NCBI GenBank assembly: GCA_943788295.1
Contig: CALSPS010000004.1
Location: forward strand, 224,540 to 288,539
Reading direction: 5' to 3'
DNA: 64,000 nt
Origin: Candidatus Poseidoniaceae archaeon
GTDB taxonomy: Archaea; Thermoplasmatota; Poseidoniia; Poseidoniales; Poseidoniaceae
Shown here: positions 18,715-27,683 of the stretch, piece after piece
How positions within the stretch are numbered: the stretch's first letter is position 1
How the letters are laid out: each line of letters starts with the position of its first letter
Notes under the pieces: generated by a model
What the model was told of the DNA's origin: nothing
The model's input: the letters and a program-made list of their open reading frames with translations, nothing else
Databases searched by the model: none
Translations under genes and position numbers: made by a program

Positions 18715-19155
18715 ATGGCCAATGCAGGGTTCAATGTTATTCGTTGCCCTGCCTGCATGACATGCCACGGCCGCAGGGGCGTTTCTGCGTCTTGCCCTCA
18801 TTGTGGCCAACGCCTTGGTGAACATGGCATTGTGGTCAAAAGCGTCAACTCAGCAGAGGCACTTCGCATTGAAGTAGCGCTTGCCAACACGCCAGAGGAA
18901 CTGCGGGACACGCTCCGAAAACGAATGATGAGCAAGACCCCCCTCACAGATTTCCATGACGAGGTTCCTTCGAGGACAATGGGCAAATGGGTTCAGGATT
19001 CAAAGAACGATGAAGGGTTCATCACGGTTCATTCGGTTCAATTAATTCTGTACAAAAACCATTCAAATTTGGATGCGAACGAAGTTATTGAACAAGCTGA
19101 AGTCCAAGGAATGCTCGTTCGAGTGGACAAGGCACGGTGGATGCTTCTTGAGTGA
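18715..19155 (+). CDS. Zn-ribbon protein with possible C-terminal winged helix
   Basis: RCPAC...SCPHCG at the N-terminus; VIEQAEVQGMLVRVDKARWMLL at the C-terminus. Confidence 0.7.
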   Translation: MANAGFNVIRCPACMTCHGRRGVSASCPHCGQRLGEHGIVVKSVNSAEALRIEVALANTPEELRDTLRKRMMSKTPLTDFHDEVPSRTMGKWVQDSKNDEGFITVHSVQLILYKNHSNLDANEVIEQAEVQGMLVRVDKARWMLLE

Positions 19156-19190
19156 ACTTCATAGGTAGGATGTCGTGGGACGGAATGCAA

Positions 19191-19268
19191 GGGCGATTGG
19201 GTTAGCTTGGCCTATACTCGGGCGTTTGGGACGCTTGGACCCAGGTTCAAATCCTGGATCGCCCACCA
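19191..19268 (+). tRNA. tRNA-Pro(TGG), CCA encoded
   Basis: Acceptor GGGCGAT/ATCGCCC, anticodon arm GGGCG-TTTGGGA-CGCTT, T-arm CCAGG-TTCAAAT-CCTGG, ACCA end. Confidence 0.95.
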
Positions 19269-19282
19269 GCGATGGTGTCAAT

Positions 19283-19612
19283 TCACTCCGGTAGGATGAT
19301 TTCATGCACCCACAGTATGTGGAAGCCAAACTGCGTTTTGATGAAATTCTGAGGCACTGTTTCAGGCTCCATTGCCCACACGGCGTCTTCGAAATCCTGG
19401 ACCATTTGGCCTTCGACGAATTCTCCAAGGTCGCCTTTTTTACTGGCGCTTGAACAATTTGAATGCTTCTTTGCAAGTTTCTTGAACGTCTTGAGGGGCC
19501 GCTTCGCCGCTTGTATCTCATCCAGAATGCTTCTGGCATCGGGCTTGGCAGCGACCAGAATGTGACGCACATGCGCCTTTCTAGGCTTCCGTCGCTTGTC
19601 GTGCCTTCGCAT
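19283..19612 (-). CDS. ppiC: Parvulin-type peptidyl-prolyl isomerase
   Basis: VRHILV, FKKLAKKHS, GDLGEF..GQMV..FEDAV and KTQFGFHI. Confidence 0.92.
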   Translation of the reverse strand: MRRHDKRRKPRKAHVRHILVAAKPDARSILDEIQAAKRPLKTFKKLAKKHSNCSSASKKGDLGEFVEGQMVQDFEDAVWAMEPETVPQNFIKTQFGFHILWVHEIILPE

Positions 19613-20540
19613 TCAACCTCAACTCCTGTACCATTGCTGTCGCTGTCCTGTCAAAAAAGTGTGCTACAATCCAAGCCACAAGCGTGAGCATCACGGGGTG
19701 CAACCCCCTGCTCAACAACTCCCGTTCTAAATCGGTGCTGATGCCCGGCAAGAGGCTGATCCATCCAATGGCGTAGGCGATGAACGCAAACAGCGTGTGG
19801 GGGGTGACGTTTCTGTTGAACAACCATCCAAAATTTCGGCGATGATGTTCGATGGCCATCATGGCCCCAACGGATGCGAAAAATTTGAGCCGCTTTATTC
19901 CAGAAGTTTCTGCTCCATACACTGATTTCACAGGGACTTCATTCACCCTCCATCCACCTTTGGCCAATTGAATCAACCAGAAATTCGGGTATCCATAGCC
20001 CTTCCACGAGCGGTTCCAATTCCATTCCTTGAGCACCTCATGCGAGGTCGCCGTATAGCCACATTGCGGGTCGACAATTGGTTGTCCCGCTGCGAGCGTG
20101 GTGGCGATGCTGAGCACCTTACTGGCCAATTTTCGCTGAACAGGCATGTTGTCGGTTCCAGCGCTGTGTGCGAATCGATTGCCCTTCACATGGTCGGCCT
20201 GACCCGTGATCACAGGGGCGATGATAGCGCGAAGGTCTTCGGGGTCCATTTGTCCATCACCAGCCATCACCACGCTGACAAATGGACCGTCAAATTGCTC
20301 CAGCATGGCCTGATGTCCAGCGTCAATCGCAGCCCCAACGCCTTGTCCGCCGAGGTCGATTTCGATCAGTTCGGTTTGACAATGAGCCGCTTTAATCTCC
20401 TGCGATGTAGCGTCGGTAGAACCGTCGTTGACCACCACAATGCAATCCACACCTTCTGGCATTGTCTCGATGACCTTGCGAATGAATTTCGCTTCATTCT
20501 TGGCAGGAACAACGACGCCGATGTGCCATCCTTCCTCCAT
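19581..20540 (-). CDS. GT2 glycosyltransferase (DPM synthase-like) with C-terminal TMs
   Basis: VVVPAKNEA, VVNDGSTD, GVGAA, MAGDGQMDP, KGNRF and DPQCGY. Start could be 20594. Confidence 0.88.
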   Translation of the reverse strand: MEEGWHIGVVVPAKNEAKFIRKVIETMPEGVDCIVVVNDGSTDATSQEIKAAHCQTELIEIDLGGQGVGAAIDAGHQAMLEQFDGPFVSVVMAGDGQMDPEDLRAIIAPVITGQADHVKGNRFAHSAGTDNMPVQRKLASKVLSIATTLAAGQPIVDPQCGYTATSHEVLKEWNWNRSWKGYGYPNFWLIQLAKGGWRVNEVPVKSVYGAETSGIKRLKFFASVGAMMAIEHHRRNFGWLFNRNVTPHTLFAFIAYAIGWISLLPGISTDLERELLSRGLHPVMLTLVAWIVAHFFDRTATAMVQELRLNAKARQATEA

Positions 20541-20669
20541 AGAGATTCCAGCCTTCCTCAGGTCATGAACCTGACCTCTCTTCCCACTGGACATCGGCCT
20601 GTAGGAAAGACGGTTCAGGTGATGGTTTGTTTGAGAGGTTTCATAGGGAGAAGGCACGGCTTGCAAAGC

Positions 20670-21503
20670 GTGGCAGACATACCCTTGCGCATTGTCCTCT
20701 TGGGAAGGGACATTGAATTACGCATCGTTTCTTTGATCGTTCGGGCTCGGGAAGTCGCCGATGATGTGGTCTTTCTCGACCTTGGTTCAAACGACACTAC
20801 CGTGGAATTGGCTCAAGAAGTGGGCTGCACATCACTCCATTTCACCGAATCACTGAATCCAAAAGAGATCGCTCTTTTCCTGCGAGATTGCTCTTTGGAC
20901 CCGGCCAACACCACACTCGCTATTCATGTCACAGACGCTTGGAAGTTGCAAGACATCTCCCTTTCCATCAACCGAGCAAGGGAATTGTGGGACATCCACC
21001 TTTCCCACATTGAGGACAGCGAAATCGAACAAAGCGACGAAGATCCGGTCCTTTCCACGCTCGAACTGCGACACTTGGTCATGACCGAAGCTGGCATGGG
21101 CGCTCTGGCTGAACTTGATTCCAATGGCACGCAACAATCCCTTGATCAGAAACTGCGTGTACGAATCGTCAAAGCCTCAGCCAACGTCAACATTCACCAA
21201 CGTGAATCTTTAGCCACTGCCTCAAAATTCGCACAACTCTTCTATTGGATGTTGGAATCAAAGCATCCACTGCTGCTGTTTGGCATCCCCGGTATCGTTT
21301 TGTTTTTCCTTGGCTATCGTCTTTCAGGTAACATTGTCGGTGCCTTAGAAGAAATCAATTCCACCTCAATCGGTGTCACATTGGCCACCATCGCCATGAC
21401 ATTGATTGGGCTGTTCAGCATCATGGTTGCCCTTATTCTCTACATCATGGGCAAGCAAGTGGAACAAATCCAGTCGCAGTACGATTGGCCCTCACGTTCA
21501 TGA
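20670..21503 (+). CDS. Degenerate GT2-like membrane protein
   Basis: DDVVFLDLGSNDTTVELAQEVG is GT2-like; C-terminal KHPLLLFGIPG plus 2 TM parallels the GT2 at 36630. GTG start inferred; the upstream part of ORF 19968 is antisense shadow. Confidence 0.6.
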   Translation: MADIPLRIVLLGRDIELRIVSLIVRAREVADDVVFLDLGSNDTTVELAQEVGCTSLHFTESLNPKEIALFLRDCSLDPANTTLAIHVTDAWKLQDISLSINRARELWDIHLSHIEDSEIEQSDEDPVLSTLELRHLVMTEAGMGALAELDSNGTQQSLDQKLRVRIVKASANVNIHQRESLATASKFAQLFYWMLESKHPLLLFGIPGIVLFFLGYRLSGNIVGALEEINSTSIGVTLATIAMTLIGLFSIMVALILYIMGKQVEQIQSQYDWPSRS

Positions 21504-21533
21504 AGCGTGAGTTTGATAGTGGAGTGGATTCGA

Positions 21534-22316
21534 ATGACTGCTATGACACCAGCCCGTTTAGTTTGCCTTGATATGGACCGAGTGCTTGTGGACCATTTAT
21601 CCACATGGCAATTCGTTTACGACCGCTTAGGCATCTCGAACGATGAGTCCTTTGAACTCTACAACCAGGGCCTGCTGGATGAATGGGATTGGATCAAACT
21701 CGACATTGCTCTCATCAAAGAAAGCCGAAAAGACGGCCCAGCCGTCACCGATGGGGAACTCCGCGGCCTGATGGAGGGCATGCCAATGATGACCCACTGG
21801 AAAGAATTGATTCAAACGCTCTTGGACAGCGGGTTTCATGTGGCCATTGTCAGCGGTGGACTTCAACAAACGGCTCGGGACATCGCCGCACAATTCCCCT
21901 CCACACAACCATGGCGCAGACGTTGGGGTGGCATTGATCGGTTCACAGCACAACGCTTCGGTGGCGGCATGGACACGCGTTTGCATGTCTTCACGAACGG
22001 TTGGCTTCAAGGCCAGCCAACGAAAGATGGCGACCATGAGATCGCAGATTTTGGCCGCTACCAAGTCCAAATGGATGGAAAGGGTTCGGTCGTTAAAATG
22101 CTTCAGCGAAGGCTTGGCGTGACCAAAGAGAACACCGCTTCAGTGGGCGATTCAGCAGGTGACATCAGCATGTTTCAGCAATCCGGTTTGCCAATTTGCT
22201 TCAACCCCTGGGACGACCGTCCCAAAGCCCACGCTGCACATGTGGTGGAAAAGAAGGACCTCGCACTCGTCGAAGGCCTCATCCTTCAGCATTTCAAGGT
22301 CCATCCAACATCTTGA
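21534..22316 (+). CDS. HAD-superfamily phosphatase (SerB-like)
   Basis: VCLDMDRVL, AIVSGG, K of GKG, VGDSAGDISMF and ICFNP. Confidence 0.85.
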   Translation: MTAMTPARLVCLDMDRVLVDHLSTWQFVYDRLGISNDESFELYNQGLLDEWDWIKLDIALIKESRKDGPAVTDGELRGLMEGMPMMTHWKELIQTLLDSGFHVAIVSGGLQQTARDIAAQFPSTQPWRRRWGGIDRFTAQRFGGGMDTRLHVFTNGWLQGQPTKDGDHEIADFGRYQVQMDGKGSVVKMLQRRLGVTKENTASVGDSAGDISMFQQSGLPICFNPWDDRPKAHAAHVVEKKDLALVEGLILQHFKVHPTS

Positions 22317-22341
22317 TGAACCACCATGTGAAGTACACGCC

Positions 22342-22449
22342 ATGAACGGCGATGACCTGTTGACTTCAATTTGCCCAGAGTGTGGCTTCCTGCTTGGTGC
22401 CTTCATTCCAGGAATGCCCTGCCCTCAGTGCGGCGAACCATTGCTTTAG
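22342..22449 (+). CDS. 35-aa CPxCG zinc-finger microprotein
   Basis: MNGDDLLTSICPECGFLLGAFIPGMPCPQCGEPLL contains two CPxCG motifs and fills the intergenic gap. Confidence 0.65.
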   Translation: MNGDDLLTSICPECGFLLGAFIPGMPCPQCGEPLL

Positions 22450-23489
22450 ATTGAATCGAATCTCACACCTTGCTCTTGCATGTAAGCCATAATCGATTCA
22501 ATGGCTTTAGCAGACAAGCCTTCAGGTGGGTGTACCCCTGGCTTCAATCCGCATCCTTCAAGCGGTCCTTGTTCAAGAAACAGCAGCGCACAAGCTGCGG
22601 TGACCAATCCAGTGGTTCTCGCCATCGACCCGTCGCCGTTCAAACCACTGTCTTGGACGACGGTGTGTCGAACCCCGTTGCTGTTTTCTGCAACAACTTC
22701 GAGCCAGGTGAACTCCTTGCGTTGCGGATCAAAGGTCCATGCCTTCAGTAACTCAGCTTCCTCCATACCGCGTCCTTCGTTCAGCCATCGGTCTATATGA
22801 CCGGGCCAACGAACGGTGTATTCCTTCATCGTGGTGCATGGTATCGTGTCGAGAATGCTGCGCAATCCATCGGTAAGGAAGGCCTCCATTGTGCCATAGC
22901 CATCGACTTGAATGTCATGACGCTCGCTGAGCGCAGGCACTTCCAATAGGGTGTTATCCACTCGAATTCTGGCTGGCCGTGTGTATTCCTCAATCACGTC
23001 AGATGGCGAAAAAGGAGCCATGTAAGACCACTCATCGTCCTTTTCAGTCGGATTTCCACCCACCTTGATTGAGACATGATTCAAAGGCCCAAGGTCCTCA
23101 AACGCCTGCTTGACGAGCATGTTTGAAATTCCCGGTGCGATGCCAACATCCCATAGCAGGACTCCTTGGTGTTCAACAGCGAGCGCTTCATGGCGGTGGG
23201 GGTCTTCTGCTGTAAACGCCAAATCAACCACATTGTGACCGGCTTTCAGTAAAGCAGGTCGCACCATGTCGCCAATGCGTCCGGGGAGCATGTTGATGAC
23301 CGTTTGTTGGGGGGGAAGTCGAGACACCGCTTGGATGGCATCGCCTTGGCGTGCTTCAACCCGTGGATGTTGGTGCAGTGCTTTTGGAATCTGCAAATCA
23401 ATGACAATGACCTTGTGGTCTGCTTCGAGCAAACGCTCAATGACAAACTGGCCAACAAGACCACTGCCAAGCGCCACAACCGAAGCCAT
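22446..23489 (-). CDS. Saccharopine dehydrogenase / lysine 6-dehydrogenase family
   Basis: LGSGLVG, DVGIAPGISN, VGGNP, IEEYTRPAR, EAFLTDGLRS, VRWPGH and MARTTG. Confidence 0.88.
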   Translation of the reverse strand: MASVVALGSGLVGQFVIERLLEADHKVIVIDLQIPKALHQHPRVEARQGDAIQAVSRLPPQQTVINMLPGRIGDMVRPALLKAGHNVVDLAFTAEDPHRHEALAVEHQGVLLWDVGIAPGISNMLVKQAFEDLGPLNHVSIKVGGNPTEKDDEWSYMAPFSPSDVIEEYTRPARIRVDNTLLEVPALSERHDIQVDGYGTMEAFLTDGLRSILDTIPCTTMKEYTVRWPGHIDRWLNEGRGMEEAELLKAWTFDPQRKEFTWLEVVAENSNGVRHTVVQDSGLNGDGSMARTTGLVTAACALLFLEQGPLEGCGLKPGVHPPEGLSAKAIESIMAYMQEQGVRFDSI

Positions 23490-23498
23490 GCCCTCGCC

Positions 23499-24830
23499 TC
23501 AGGGTGTGACTCTTCTCGAATCACGTGGGAATGGAATGACTTCCCGAATGTGATCTGCTCCGGTGAGCCAGGAGCACACTCGGTCAACGCCTAGGCCGAA
23601 TCCGCCATGAGGCACGCCACCATACGAGCGGGTGTCGATGTAGAATTGGTAGGCTTCGTGAGGGGTTCCCTCTTCATCGAGTCGCCTGAGAATTTCTTCT
23701 TCCGACCATGTTCGCTCGCCACCGCCAATGATTTCACCATAGCCTTCCGGAGCCAATAAATCGTGGCATAAGACATACTTTTCATCCTCCGGGTCAACTC
23801 GGTGATAGAATGGTTTTGCGACTTTTGGATAGTGGGTCAGGAAGTGCGGGACATCAAAATCTTGGGTCAGAACTTTCTCTTTTGAGTAGTCTAAATCTTG
23901 GCCCCACTCGACATCGACACCCATCCCTTGGAGCGTTTCAATCGCTTCGTCATAGCGCATCCTTGGGTATGGGCTGTCAGCGTAGCGTGCCACCAGATCC
24001 AAGTCTCTGCCCAACGATTCAAGTTCGGTGCTTCGCTCATCCAAGAGCGTCGAAGCAATCTTGCGAACCACGCCTTCGCCATGGGTCATAATTTCTTCAT
24101 TGCTGGCCCAAGCGACTTCCATTTCAGCATGCCAAAACTCAGTCAAGTGACGGCGAGTTCGTGATTTTTCGGCCCTGAACGACGGTGCGATGGTGTACAA
24201 CCGCTCAAGCGCAGGCATGGCTGCTTCGGCATAGAGTTGCCATGACTGAGTCAAGTATGCAGTTCGCCCAAAGTAGGGCACTTCGAACAGGGTTGAACCG
24301 CCCTCGACGGCTCCGGCGACGAAGTTAGGCGCTTGGTATTCAACGAAATCCAAGTCTCGGAAGTAACCATGAATCGCTCCAAAGACACTGCTTCGAAGTT
24401 GGAGCATGGTGGTCATGCGGGAGGTTCTAAGGTACAGGTGGCGATTGTCCAACAAGAACTCAGTCTCGCCTCCATCGGCGGCTGCCATAGCGGATTCAGT
24501 GATTGGAAACGGTCGTTCTGGGTTCACTTGGCCGACGATTTCAACCGAGGAGACGACCAATTCATGGCCACCTTCAGATCGCTCGTCGACATTGACGGTT
24601 CCCGTGATGATGATGCTTGATTCAATTAAGGCCGCTTTAACTTGGTCAAAGGCCTCATCGCCAAGAGCATCCCTCTTGGCAACGCACTGAATGACGCCTG
24701 TCGAGTCGCGAAGCACCACAAAGCGGATTTTATTCGAGCCACGGGTTCGCTTAACCCACCCTTTCAACTCGACAACTTGGTTGTCGTACATTCCAGATTG
24801 CACATCGCCAATCCAAATCGTCTTCACCAT
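23499..24830 (-). CDS. asnS: Asparaginyl-tRNA synthetase
   Basis: OB-fold LRDSTG, RHLYLR, YLTQSWQLY, FRAEKSRTRRHLTEFW, GEIIGG and PHGGFGLGVDR. Confidence 0.93.
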   Translation of the reverse strand: MVKTIWIGDVQSGMYDNQVVELKGWVKRTRGSNKIRFVVLRDSTGVIQCVAKRDALGDEAFDQVKAALIESSIIITGTVNVDERSEGGHELVVSSVEIVGQVNPERPFPITESAMAAADGGETEFLLDNRHLYLRTSRMTTMLQLRSSVFGAIHGYFRDLDFVEYQAPNFVAGAVEGGSTLFEVPYFGRTAYLTQSWQLYAEAAMPALERLYTIAPSFRAEKSRTRRHLTEFWHAEMEVAWASNEEIMTHGEGVVRKIASTLLDERSTELESLGRDLDLVARYADSPYPRMRYDEAIETLQGMGVDVEWGQDLDYSKEKVLTQDFDVPHFLTHYPKVAKPFYHRVDPEDEKYVLCHDLLAPEGYGEIIGGGERTWSEEEILRRLDEEGTPHEAYQFYIDTRSYGGVPHGGFGLGVDRVCSWLTGADHIREVIPFPRDSRRVTP

Positions 24831-24969
24831 CTTCGCACCCATGCTCGGGTAGGCCATTGTCTAATTCAATGTCACCCTTCACCCGCAACGCAGAACTCGG
24901 CCGCAAATGGCTCGCCTGTTGGGTCACACGGGGGCAAGCCTCAAACCATCTGTGCGCCATTGATTTTTC

Positions 24970-25878
24970 GTGGCAAGAGTCGCAGTGTATGCAATTGGCG
25001 GCAATGCGCTGGCATCGCCAACCGGTGGGGATGACGGGCAAAGCGAGCGCATCTTGGCGCACGTGATGTCGGACGTCGTGGATCTTCTCGAATCAGGATG
25101 GGGGGTTGTTCTCACCCATGGCAACGGACCACAAGTCGGCCATTTGATGGCCCTTGATACCGATCTCACTCAACCAATGGATGCTTGGGTCTCTGCCACA
25201 CAAGGCATGATTGGGCATGGGCTTGCCCTCAATTTGGATTCGATTCTTTCAAAGCGCCAAAGGCCGGAACGGACAGCAACCATCGTGACAAGGGTGCTTG
25301 TGGACGGAAATGATCCTGGATTTTCCAAACCCACAAAACCGGTTGGACCGGTGTTGAACGCTCAAACGGTCATGGAGGCTGACTGGGACATCGCCGAAAC
25401 AAAAATCGGACCACGACGCGTGGTTGCCAGCCCTTTGCCGATGGAAATTATTGATTTGCCAGTGATTCAGAAACTGGTCGACCTCCACGCTGTGGTGATC
25501 TGTGGCGGTGGCGGTGGCATTCCCATTGCGAGAAAAGGCCAACACTTCATCGGGGTTCCTGCCGTGATTGACAAAGATCGAGTCTCAGCGTTGCTGGCCA
25601 TTAAATTGCAAGCTGAAGCCCTCATCATTTCAACGGCCATCGACGCAGTGCGGACCGGGTTTGGAACCGAGGAAGAAAAATCCCACAGAACATTAACGCT
25701 TGACGAGTGCGAGATGCACATGGAAGCGGGCGAATTCCCCGCTGGCTCAATGGCTCCTAAAATTGGCAGTCTGATGGAGGCGGCCCTTCACCAACCTGGC
25801 CTCCAAGCCATCCTTTGCCAACCCGGTGATGCCCTTGAAGCGCTGCGCGGTAAAGCGGGCACGACCATCGTCGTGTGA
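24970..25878 (+). CDS. arcC: Carbamate kinase
   Basis: AIGGNAL, THGNGPQVG, TQGMIG, PTKPVGP, RRVVASP, GGGGIP, AVIDKD and GSMAPK; GTG start. Confidence 0.93.
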   Translation: MARVAVYAIGGNALASPTGGDDGQSERILAHVMSDVVDLLESGWGVVLTHGNGPQVGHLMALDTDLTQPMDAWVSATQGMIGHGLALNLDSILSKRQRPERTATIVTRVLVDGNDPGFSKPTKPVGPVLNAQTVMEADWDIAETKIGPRRVVASPLPMEIIDLPVIQKLVDLHAVVICGGGGGIPIARKGQHFIGVPAVIDKDRVSALLAIKLQAEALIISTAIDAVRTGFGTEEEKSHRTLTLDECEMHMEAGEFPAGSMAPKIGSLMEAALHQPGLQAILCQPGDALEALRGKAGTTIVV

Positions 25879-25926
25879 TGCCTCTGTGAGCGCATGTTCA
25901 TGTACTAGGGCGGACTCCAACAAATC

Positions 25927-26382
25927 ATGTCGAATGACAACATCCTGCCCGAGATTGAAGCCTCTGCACACTGCGACGGACCATGTGGAGTCTATGACCC
26001 CGCCAGCGCTCGAATTGCTGGTGAAGCCGTTCAATCCATGACCAAGAAAATGCTCGCCCTCGAATACCCAAAGGTGTTCAGTTCTGAATCGATGGCTTCC
26101 TACCTCAACACCATGAGCCGCTACGCAGCCATCAAGGACGAAGAAGCGCAAAAGTGCAAGCACGAACTTCTTGTTCTTTGGACGGATTTCTTCAAGCCAG
26201 TCCACCTCGAGGCACACCCTGAACTTCACACCACCTTCTGGAACGCAGCCAAGTTGTGCAGCGCTTGTAAGGTCGAAGTTTCCGCTGCTCACGCTCAAGA
26301 ATTGATGGACGCTATCGAAGCCATTCACACCATGTTCTGGGCCATCAAGGGCCGAGAAGTCCCTTGGATTCGTGCCAGTTGA
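25927..26382 (+). CDS. sodN: Nickel superoxide dismutase precursor
   Basis: Propeptide followed by the Ni-hook HCDGPCGVYDP; LWTDFFKP and CSACK. Confidence 0.96.
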   Translation: MSNDNILPEIEASAHCDGPCGVYDPASARIAGEAVQSMTKKMLALEYPKVFSSESMASYLNTMSRYAAIKDEEAQKCKHELLVLWTDFFKPVHLEAHPELHTTFWNAAKLCSACKVEVSAAHAQELMDAIEAIHTMFWAIKGREVPWIRAS

Positions 26383-26391
26383 GGCGCAACT

Positions 26392-26682
26392 ATGGAGCGC
26401 TTCATCGCCGTTCTTTCTGGCGACAGCATGTGGCCAACCTACCATGATGGCGATCGTTTAATTTGCAGCGCAACTGCCACCATCGACGTCGGGTCAGTGA
26501 TTGTGTTCAAACATCCACTTAGGGCCAACCTCAACGCTGTCAAGCGAGTGTCAAAAATCGAAGGCGATTGGATGTTCGTCGAAGGAGATCACCCAGATCC
26601 AACTTCGTCAAATGACTCGCATAATTTTGGACGCATCGCTCGCTCCAGCATTCTGGGTGTCGTGGTTGACAAAGAAGACTGA
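26392..26682 (+). CDS. sodX: NiSOD maturation peptidase (S26 family)
   Basis: GDSMWPT, VKRV and EGD...SNDSHNFG; directly after sodN. Confidence 0.9.
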   Translation: MERFIAVLSGDSMWPTYHDGDRLICSATATIDVGSVIVFKHPLRANLNAVKRVSKIEGDWMFVEGDHPDPTSSNDSHNFGRIARSSILGVVVDKED

Positions 26683-26692
26683 AGTTGGTTGG

Positions 26693-26769
26693 TGGCGGGC
26701 CTGACGGGGTTCGAACCCGCGACCGATGGATTAAGAGTCCATCGCTCTACCTGACTAAGCTACAGGCCC
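26693..26769 (-). tRNA. tRNA-Lys(CTT), CCA encoded
   Basis: Reverse complement GGGCCTG...ATGGA-CTCTTAA-TCCAT...GCGGG-TTCGAAC-CCCGT-CAGGCCC-GCCA. Confidence 0.95.
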
Positions 26770-26825
26770 ACCCCGCCGTCCTTGCGCCCGTATTTAATGA
26801 TTGACGGACATCAACTCAAGGCGAC

Positions 26826-27530
26826 TCAGTTCAAGCGTCCGTGTGGGTTGATGATGGTTTCAACGCCGTTTGCACCAGCGAGCACCACAGCATCGCACAT
26901 GCCGTTGAACAGGCCAACCTGAACAACGCCGGCAACATGCAAGATCAAAGATTCCAATTCCACAGGATTGGTGATGGTGGGCCCCATGTGTGCATCAGCG
27001 ATCATGTTGCCATTATCGGTGACCACTGGGTTGTCACCTGCCATTCGGCAGTTCACCCTGCAATCCAGCAAACGGCCAAGCGCACGAATGGTGGCTTGAT
27101 GTTCAAACGGTGTGACTTCAATGGGAAGGGGGAACGCTCCAAGGTGTGCGACTCGCTTTCGGTCATCAGCCACCACCACCATTGCTGCGGATTCCTGGGC
27201 CACAACTTTTTCTCGCAATAAAGCCGCTCCTCCACCTTTGATCAACTGAAAGTTAGGATCGTATTCATCAGCACCATCAATAACGATGTCCAAGCCATCA
27301 ATCGAAGAGAGTTCCACGAGTGGAATACCGACTTTGTGGGCAAGTTGTTCAGTCGCAAGCGAGGTTGGGACCCCAACAATTTCGAGTCCTTCTTCAGCCA
27401 TTCGTCGGCCAAGTTCAACGACGGTATGTTTGACGGTTGAACCCGTTCCAAGGCCGACCTTCATTCCGGTTTTGACAAAGCGGCAAGCAGCAATCCCAGC
27501 CTCTTTTTTCAGGGCTTCTACATCGCTCAT
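26826..27530 (-). CDS. rpiA: Ribose-5-phosphate isomerase A
   Basis: GLGTGST, DGADE, IKGGGAALLREK and TDNGN. Confidence 0.96.
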   Translation of the reverse strand: MSDVEALKKEAGIAACRFVKTGMKVGLGTGSTVKHTVVELGRRMAEEGLEIVGVPTSLATEQLAHKVGIPLVELSSIDGLDIVIDGADEYDPNFQLIKGGGAALLREKVVAQESAAMVVVADDRKRVAHLGAFPLPIEVTPFEHQATIRALGRLLDCRVNCRMAGDNPVVTDNGNMIADAHMGPTITNPVELESLILHVAGVVQVGLFNGMCDAVVLAGANGVETIINPHGRLN

Positions 27531-27683
27531 GTCACCGTTTCACTGAGGAGAGTCCTTGAGCCTTTGCGCCTTACCATGCTGCAGATATGCTCCCACATCC
27601 CGTAGGGATGATGCCTGAATGGTTGGCCGAAGTCTTTTCACCTGTCGATGCACGTCCTGTCTTTCATGGGGTTGACTGGGAGC

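Noticed and set aside
19968-20669. N-terminal half of the 511-aa ORF
   Set aside because: Antisense shadow of the GT2 gene; protein-like sequence begins near 20670.
19191-26769. Possible island bounded by tRNA-Pro and tRNA-Lys
   Set aside because: No integrase, no duplicated tRNA 3' end seen, and it contains core genes such as asnS.
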